The notes beneath the pieces are model-generated. The model did no database searches, had not been told where the DNA came from, and saw only the letters and a list, made by a program, of their open reading frames with translations. DNA of 63,906 bases, counting the filler, from Octopus bimaculoides (Eukaryota): NCBI RefSeq assembly GCF_001194135.2. It is 7 parts of 7 records of this genome, joined end to end, with 100 filler letters (N's around TTAATTAATTAA, not from the genome) between each part and the next. Parts side by side here need not be neighbours in the genome. Positions count along the whole stretch, not along the records: positions 51,087 to 59,999 come from NC_068982.1; positions 60,100 to 61,168 come from NC_068985.1; positions 61,269 to 62,502 come from NC_069005.1; positions 62,603 to 63,906 come from NW_026330186.1; 3 more parts are not named here. One strand, given 5' to 3'. The translations under genes were made by a program, and so were the position numbers. Of the stretch, positions 56,120 to 63,906 are shown piece after piece. Every line of letters starts with the position of its first letter. Position 1 is the stretch's first letter.

Positions 56120-56939
56120 TACGATTGAACGTATTCCATAAGGTCTTATTTTCAGACGTTATATGTCTAGATTCTAGAATGACATGATCCAAGCTGTCTT
56201 TTTTTTTAAAAAAAGATAGGTATGATTTGCAGGTGGAATTGGCTGCTTTGTCTAGCCAGATTCATGATTCCGCAGAAACTCTCCTATTGGTTACAAACTT
56301 TACGAGTTTTAGGCGAAAGTGCGAAAGTAACTTTTTCTTAAAGCTTAATCTTAGAGAGTTATTTGCATGCTACCGTTCGCTGGATTGTTAAGCTATCAGT
56401 TAAACGGCCTACAGTGACCAGTTCTCTCTATAAACCATCATCATTATCATATTCTTGCCGTGCCTATTGATAAAACGAGTCTGAATGGTCTCTTAAAGAG
56501 CTTTGAATGATAACTGTGAATAGAGATTCTATTGAATTACTGTTGAAAACTGTGAGTGCCAATATAACTACTGGTGGTTGTGAAACGACTTTAATCTTTT
56601 GAAAAGCATTAAAAGAACAATCTGGAATTACTTCATTTTTTATAATTGTTTTTCTAGATACTTGATATGAAATTATACCTCAAACATTCGTTGGTGTGCC
56701 TTGAGAAGGTAATTTTGCCGGTAAAAATGCACGCACTAGACATATTTCTCTTCATTTTATTATCAAGCTGGAAAGTTCTATCGCATTTTTGACACGGTGA
56801 CTTTAGCGCTTCGTTTTCAATACACATTGTAAAATAAGAATTAATTCTTGCACACTAATATCTTTTTTCTTTCTTTGCAGATTATAACTTTGGTATTAAA
56901 TTCGATTTGATTTAAACCTTTTTAATATGATTAGATAAG

Positions 56940-57390
56940 ACTCATATCAGACGTTGCATGGTGTGTAAATTCTATAATGAATGCGGCAAGAAATATTTGT
57001 ACTATCTATGGAAATGAAGCTTTAAGTATCCGGACAAGCCAAAATAGCTTGACCAGTTAATCTTGGAAAAGCTTTCTCTCGCAGAATCCACTTGTTGGCA
57101 GCTACTAATTGCGGTAAATACTGAGATTCTGAAAATCGTAGTTGAGGAAAATCCAAAGCAAACTGTAGGAAAATTAACAAAACAGTTCATTTCAAGTCAC
57201 ACTTCGATAATAAAACATTTCCAACAAGGAAAAGTGTTAAACTTGGTCAATGGGTCCTTCTTCGGCGGTTCTTGACTTAATCAAATTGTTGCCCTCTACT
57301 GACCATTGACGAGTAAACTTGCTAGCAAATATTTTCCGGGTAGAATCATCACCAGCGACGGAAACTAGGATTATAATCATACCCAATAAA
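56940..57390 (+). mobile_element. Mariner transposase N-terminal remnant
   Basis: DKTHIR, RNICTIYGNEALSIRT, LKIVVEENPKQTVGKL, GKV.NL.QWV (WVPHEL-like) and RIITSDG; frameshifted. Confidence 0.72.
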
Positions 57391-57404
57391 AACTTTTATC
57401 TTCC

Positions 57405-57720
57405 ATCTTTTACTTGTTTCTGTCATTAGACTACGACCATGCTGGGGCACCACCTTGAAGAATTTTAATCAGACTAATTGACCCCAGTATATATATTTTT
57501 ATTTTTTAAAGTCTAGTACTTATGCTTTCGGTCTGTTTTGCCGCGCCGCTAGGTCACAGGGACGTAAACATATCAACACCGATTATCAAACGGTGGTGGT
57601 GGTGGACAAAGACACAAACACACACACACATACACACACACATAAAGGACAATCTTCTTTCAACTTCCATCTAACAAATAAACTCACAAATCTTTGGTCG
57701 GCCCGAGGCCAAAGTAGAAG
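57405..57720 (-). mobile_element. SINE family A, diverged and partial
   Basis: ccatgctggggcac..gggacgtaaaca..tttggtcggcccgaggc. Further partial copies at about 23620, 30260, 36680, 45300, 51087 and 58800. Confidence 0.8.
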
Positions 57721-57856
57721 TGAGAAAGTCTTTTACGTTTCAAGCCTACGCTCTTCCACAGAAAGGAATACAGAAATAAACAGGGAGAGAAAATAGAAAA
57801 TACACAACCCGATTTCTATTAAAACCATAGGGGGAACAACTTCACCACGACGACTC

Positions 57857-57919
<63 letters not shown>

Positions 57920-59095
57920 TTGTTATTATCATGACTGTTGCTAGTTATTCGACAGCTACAACCACTCCTAGAATTCTTGACCAATATTTAATTTACTACA
58001 ACAGATAGTAGTATTCTACTAACACAACAAGTTGGAATTACCATGTTTTCAGAAGCCAACGAAAGGACCACGTGCGCATGCAAGAAATAACAATAAACTA
58101 TGAATGTTATTCTTAATTTTAATTTCNNNNNNNNNNNNNNNNNNNNNNNNNNNNNNNNNNNNNNNNNNNNNNNNNNNNNNNNNNNNNNNNNNNNNNNNNN
58201 NNNNNNNNNNNNNNNNNNNNNNNNNNNNNNNNNNNNNNNNNNNNNNNNNNNNNNNNNNNNNNNNNNNNNNNNNNNNNNNNNNNNNNNNNNNNNNNNNNNN
58301 NNNNNNNNNNNNNNNNNNNNNNNNNNNNNNNNNNNNNNNNNNNNNNNNNNNNNNNNNNNNNNNNNNNNNNNNNNNNNNNNNNNNNNNNNNNNNNNNNNNN
58401 NNNNNNNNNNNNNNNNNNNNNNNNNNNNNNNNNNNATATATATATATATATATACATATGTGTGTGTGTGTATATGTGTTCGACAGAAAATTTGAGAATT
58501 TTCGAACGCAGAATAGCTATTAAAACAGCTTAGAAGATTGGTTAAATGCCCTTAGAAGGAAAAATGGCTAGCATGTGGCTACAGAGAATTTAGCCGATAA
58601 CTGAGAAGTATAAAGTTCGATTCACTGTAGAGACATGGGGGCTATGTTTTCCTTTTTCTAAAGGTATTCATTCACCCAATCTTCTTAGCTATTTTCATAG
58701 CTTTTCTGCGTTCGAGATTTCCTGTAATTTTTATGGAATACCAACACAATCGAGGTTTCTAAGTTTGTTTGCGTGCGTGAGTGTATGTGTGTGTGTGCAT
58801 GTGCGTTGTGTTTGTGTCTGTGTTTGTTTCCGATCTCAGGTTGACGACCAGCGTTGGTGTGTTTACATCCCTATAACTTAGGAGTAAAAGAAACCGATAG
58901 AAAAAGTACCAGTCGATTTGTTCGACTAAACCTATTCAATGCAGTACTCCAGCATGGCCGTAGACGAATGACGAAAAGAAGTAAAAGAAGACGAAAGCAG
59001 AAAGAAGATAATGTCGCTTTTACCAGAGATTGAAGAGATTAAACTTGAATCAACTGTGATTTGAAAGCGCGCTTGCAAAACATAGAACAGAAAAT

Positions 59096-59151
<56 letters not shown>

Positions 59152-59956
59152 TGATGATGATAAAATCGAAGGTAAAAAAACAGCAGTTCAGCAGAGTATT
59201 TTCGTTTAGAGTCAACTCAAAGAGTTTGTAATAAACACCTCTTATTTGAACTGTTTAATTACGATTTCATTTAAATTTATTGTTTTTGTGCTTATTTCAT
59301 ACTTTGCTTTCCTCGTTCAGTTTTTTTTAAAAAAGAGAACAAAAAAAAAGAAAGAAAAACAAGACAAAAACTCGATCTCCTAAGAACTTTGTTTATCTAA
59401 TTATCTTCAATAAATTTCTTTTCATCTCTTAAGGTCCACAAAATCTTTGGGATATAATTTCAATTTGTTACAAGTTATACTTTTTTAAATGTATTTTAGC
59501 ATTTTTTTAAAAATGTATTTTGACATGGACACTTGTTATCAAATAATTCATTATTTATTTGTCTATTGTCTACAGAGTGTTATTTATTATTATTTTTTTT
59601 ATTCGTTTACCTCAATATTTATGTATGTACATTAATGAAACATGATTAAAGCATTGATGATAAAAATTTAAGATTTATCGAAACGAGATAAGCTCTGTAC
59701 CTGTCTTGTTCTTTCACAAGCAAAGAAATACCTTGTGACAGAAAATCAATAAAAAGAAATTTAATTTAAAAGAAAAAAAACCTTGAGAAAAGAAATGTAG
59801 AAAGAGAAATAATTATATTTATTATGTTTATAGTAAATGATAAAATATATCGCACACACACAAAGACACATATATTTAGACATATATACCGGCAAGTTAT
59901 ATTACAAACGACGTCATATTAGGTGTAGTGAACATTAACCATGTTATACTATAGTG

Positions 59957-59999
<43 letters not shown>

Positions 60000-60099
60000 N
60001 NNNNNNNNNNNNNNNNNNNNNNNNNNNNNNNNNNNNNNNNNNNTTAATTAATTAANNNNNNNNNNNNNNNNNNNNNNNNNNNNNNNNNNNNNNNNNNNN

Positions 60100-60684
60100 T
60101 GCCAGTGCCCCTGGACTGGCTCTTTTGCGGGTGACACATTAAGTTTTTCGAGCGAGACTGTTGCCAGTGCCCCTGGACTGGCTCTTGTGCAGGGCCGTCG
60201 TAGGATTTTCAAGCGAGATCGTTGCCAGTGCCCCTGGGCTGGCTCTTGTGCGGGTGACATGAAATTTTTCGAGCGAGATCGTTGCCAGTGCCTCTGGACT
60301 GGCTCTTGTGCGGGTGACACATGAAATGCACCATTTTGAGCGTGACCGTTGCCAGTGCCGCCTGGCTGGCATTCGTGGGATTTTCGAGCGAGATCATTGC
60401 CAGTGCCCCTGGACTAGCTCTTGTGCGTGTGGCACATAAATTGCACCATTTTGAGCGTGGCCGTTGCCAGTACCGCCTGACTGGCCTTCGTGCGGGTGAC
60501 ACATAAAAGCACCCACTACACTCTCTGAGTGGTTGGCGTTAGGAAGGGCATCCAGCTGTAGAAACTCTGCCAAATCAGATTGGAGCCTGGTGTAGCCATC
60601 TGGTTTCACCAGTCCTCAGTCAAATTGTCCAACCCATGCTAGCATGGAAAGCGGACGTTAAACGATGATGATGATGATGATGAT
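60100..60684 (+). mobile_element. (GAT)n-tailed SINE-like element preceded by 7 tandem 48-67-bp hairpin units
   Basis: tgccagt units start at 60100, 60162, 60223, 60283, 60350, 60398 and 60465; then ttggcgttaggaagggcatccagctgtagaaa and a gat tail. Confidence 0.85.
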
Positions 60685-60699
60685 ATATGCAATTAAAAT

Positions 60700-60942
60700 A
60701 GGGATACAGGAAAAGCGCATGTTCCTTCAGGAATCAAGGCTGAAATGCTTAACATATTTGGGTAGGATATGGCCTAGTTACTCATATAAGTAAATCAGAT
60801 TGTTCAGGAATGTGTCATAATCAATGATGGTGTTGCAGTGTTATAACCAGCTGTTACAAGGGTAAAGGAGATGCTTTACAAGTAATTACAGCACTATCAA
60901 ATTGCTGGAGTAGGTCATAAAAGTTATGAAGAGAGCTATCAT
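60700..60942 (+). mobile_element. RTE-clade LINE RT fragment
   Basis: Translates GKAHVPSGIKAEML..VNQIVQECVI.ND, then with frameshifts YKGKGDAL and NYSTIKLLE. Confidence 0.75.
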
Positions 60943-60946
60943 CATC

Positions 60947-61168
60947 ATCATCATCATCATCATCGTTTAACATCCGCTTTCCATGCTAGCATGGGTTGGA
61001 CGATTTGACTGAGGACTGGTGAAACCAGATGGCAACACCAGGCTCCAATCTAATTTGGCAGAGTTTCTACAGCTGGATGCCCTTCCTAACGCCAACCACT
61101 CAGAGAGTGTAGTGGGTGCTTTTACGTGTCACCCGCACGAAAACGGCCACGCTCGAAATGGTGTCTTT
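60947..61168 (-). mobile_element. Inverted second copy of the (GAT)n-tailed element
   Basis: Near-identical reverse complement of about 60487-60684. Confidence 0.9.
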
Positions 61169-61473
61169 NNNNNNNNNNNNNNNNNNNNNNNNNNNNNNNN
61201 NNNNNNNNNNNNTTAATTAATTAANNNNNNNNNNNNNNNNNNNNNNNNNNNNNNNNNNNNNNNNNNNNTCTCTCTGAATCTTTCTCACATTTTTTCGTGT
61301 AAACATGGTCAACCAGCCGTGACACTTCGGGGAAAAACCCCATAGAATTTATTATATAAAAGACCCGCCAGATATATGCATGCACCTGTTTATCGCATAT
61401 TTGTGCACGTGCCATTGGCTACCGTTTCGCTTTTACGTGTTTCAGTCATTTGACCACGGCCATACTGGAGTGG

Positions 61474-61640
61474 GTAATCAAAAACGTCAAACACAACCCA
61501 AAAATGTTTTATTCTTATGCAAATAAGAATAGAACCGCTGTCTCGCCCATTGGGCCATTGATTGATGATAACGACATTCCCCGACACGATGCTAAAGAAA
61601 TGGCAGAAATACTGCAGAAACAATATTGCTCTGTCTTTAG
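61474..61640 (+). mobile_element. CR1/Jockey-like LINE ORF2 fragment from the EN-RT linker
   Basis: Translates IKNVKHNPKMFYSYANKNRTAVSPIGPLIDD..EMAEILQKQYCSVFS. Confidence 0.75.
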
Positions 61641-61642
61641 TG

Positions 61643-62408
61643 CAAAGTGTAAATTTATTCGATAAGATTGCCATTGGCTTCAACCACAGCATCAAGACGA
61701 CTTTGGAATCTCCTGCAACTCTTCTGGACAGTCTTCTTGTTTTTCAGTTGGTGAATGCTGCCATAATTCTTGCCTTCAGTTCATCTGTTGGTGTTACAAA
61801 GAGTTTTGTTGGTCAGTCGCTCAACTGCGCCCCCACACGTAATAATCAAGGGGGTTGCAGTCTGGGGAGTTAGGTGGCCAGATGTTAGGTGTGATGTGGT
61901 CGCAGAAATTGTCTAACATCCATGACTGGGTTCTCCTGCTTGGTGCCAGACATAGGGTCTTCCAGCAGCTACACTCTTCGCCTAGAGCAACACTACCTCT
62001 TCCAGACACTTGATGTAGGCCTCCATGTTGAGTGTGAAGCCATGTTGTGTGGGAAGATGAATGGAGGCATAACGTCGCCATCACTAGTGATCACTTCAAC
62101 CACCATGATGTTGACTGGATGTTTGATTTTTATCACTCTCGGTACATGTCCCCAGATTCCACTGTCCTCAGATTCACACCCAAACCCTCTTAAATGTTTG
62201 TAGTGGAGATTCCGGCGCGTATGCCAAGCAGTACAGCATGTCGTTTCCAAATTTTCTGGTAGAGTGAATTGCGTCATGGTGCTGTTTTTCTCACAAACGG
62301 TGTCCAACTGATCCCACTATACTATGTACTCAACAAAATCAGAAACAAACAATGCGCATGCACGAAATAAAAAATATAAAATGGTGACAATCTACCCATT
62401 GCACCCTG
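61643..62408 (-). mobile_element. Second DD37D deletion-derivative copy, one end truncated
   Basis: Colinear with 15500-16356: HPVNIMVVEVITSDGDVMPPF, WPPNSPDCNPLDYYVW, TIR gcaccctg at 62401-62408. Confidence 0.88.
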
Positions 62409-62461
62409 TGTGTGTATATATATATATATCCATAGACATATACATATATACATATATGCAT

Positions 62462-62502
<41 letters not shown>

Positions 62503-62602
62503 NNNNNNNNNNNNNNNNNNNNNNNNNNNNNNNNNNNNNNNNNNNNTTAATTAATTAANNNNNNNNNNNNNNNNNNNNNNNNNNNNNNNNNNNNNNNNNN
62601 NN

Positions 62603-62727
62603 GTTTGTGCCAGTCACGAGGCCAAACATCCCTGAAAGTTTCATCTGAATCAATTCAGCAGTTCTTGAGATATCTTGTCTACAGACAAGACTGAAAACAA
62701 TACCTCCGCCATCACTAAGGCAGAGCT
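62603..62727 (-). mobile_element. 5' part of a second HINE-like copy, remainder in a gap
   Basis: Reverse complement matches 19380-19490 (gacaagatatctcaagaac..gatgaaacttt..cgtgactg) and carries the same terminal hairpin. Confidence 0.8.
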
Positions 62728-62779
62728 AATAATAATGATAATAATTTCTTAATTTCTTAGGCAGAGTTGAAGCCAGTAG

Positions 62780-63480
62780 GATTTGAAATCGGAAGATCAT
62801 TTAAGAACACAAATATGTGCTGCAAGTGATTTTGTCTACCACTCTACAAGCTCTGTAAATTCTTGCTTTAAGACCAAAAGGTGTTTATTCTATGTCACTG
62901 CTTCACACATCTCTTCATGATTCAGTTCTGCCCTGACAGCCACTGTGTGCTATCACTGCATAGTATTAACGGGTTTCTGCTAAAGGAAACTTCGCTTCAG
63001 AGTTGTCTTCCTTGGTATCTGGTACAGAAGAGAACCAATGAGATCAAAAGGTATCCATCGGTCCAATGAGGAGTGCTCAGAGCTGACAGCAAGAATTTTT
63101 TTCCAGAACAAACTGCAGTTCAAAGCTTTTGCAGGTTCAAATATTTTTTGGAACATATTTGAACTCTGCATCACTAGTTTACAGAGGATTTGTTTGTTGG
63201 ACACAGTGTGAGGCAACTGTCGTTGTCACTAGGTCTAACATCATATAACTAATACTACCATTAGTGCTATCCAAGCTACAGTTGAAAAGGCAAGCCACTG
63301 GGTTTGGTTAAAAAGGGACGATGAGTGATGGCTAAGAGAATATTGAGTGAAACCTGATGACAAGCTGGTGAAGCAAGCAGGACTCATTTTAGTGAAGGGG
63401 ACTGGTACGCAATGACACCGTTGAGAGGAAGGCCCCAGAATGGTGCACATTCTTTCCTGATGACATCATAAGCCTTCTAG
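62780..63480 (+). mobile_element. Possible highly decayed HERO-like RLE LINE C-terminus and 3' UTR
   Basis: After removing a 4-bp tttg duplication, reads YRGFVGHSVRQLSLSLGL, then TISAIQATVEKASHWVWLKRDDE*W, resembling the C-terminal GCRGF..AAE.AS.W.W.KR pattern. Upstream motifs are poor. Confidence 0.45.
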
Positions 63481-63701
63481 TATCTGGTATGTGGAGCTTT
63501 CTACTGGTAGCACTTGCTTCTGCAAATTGTTTCCAAAAAATAAATGTACACACACACACGTGTGTATATTTATATATAATTTGTATTTATGCATATGAAT
63601 ATGTATGTGTGTGTGTGAGTGTATACATATATTTATATGTGAATGGGTATCTGTATATACATATGTATTATATAGATATATATATAATCTATGTATATGT
63701 G

Positions 63702-63906
63702 AGGGCACATGGCCTAGTGGTTTCAATCCGTGGACCAGGTGATGTGTTATGTTCTTGAACAAAGCACTTTACCCCACATTGCTCTGTAATGCCTTTGACA
63801 CCTGTCATACACTGTGCACTTTGTTCAGGTAAGGTCGATTTGATGAGGGTAGTGAGCGACTGTACAGCACATACATTTGATCACTATGAACAAATCACTT
63901 GTGAAG
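63702..63906 (+). mobile_element. Diverged SINE, family D, running off the window end
   Basis: gggcacatggcctagtgg head, cttgaacaaagcacttt CORE-like segment. Confidence 0.65.

Noticed and set aside
60100-60500. CRISPR-like repeat/spacer appearance
   Set aside because: Spacers are related to each other, repeats are degenerate, there are no cas genes, the context is eukaryotic, and the array is contiguous with a SINE.

Overview
AT-rich, microsatellite-dense animal genomic DNA with many assembly gaps. The SINE families, repeat style and spacer-filled gaps suggest a coleoid cephalopod, probably Octopus; this is an inference, not a database match. Most ORFs in the supplied track are artefacts of microsatellites or N-runs. 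The window is mainly tRNA-derived SINEs of several modular families, decayed LINE fragments (three R4/Dong-like, plus CR1-, RTE- and possibly HERO-like), DD37D and mariner transposon remnants, TA-flanked MITEs, a Helentron-like (HINE) element and hammerhead-like motifs. The only well-supported host-gene signal is a pair of small + strand exons (48223-48337 and 48474-48504). They splice in frame to give a signal-peptide-like N-terminus, MAPTRDPWLLGATILCIVSVFIPVITN(G). I could not place the next exon. I found no complete novel multi-gene system. The best leads are this unidentified secreted or membrane protein gene, a flipped terminal hairpin between two HINE copies, a reconstructable minimal hammerhead ribozyme, a 7-fold reiterated LINE 5' junction, a dimeric SINE, and long inverted repeats that could form dsRNA. 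Repeat boundaries are read by eye and are approximate.
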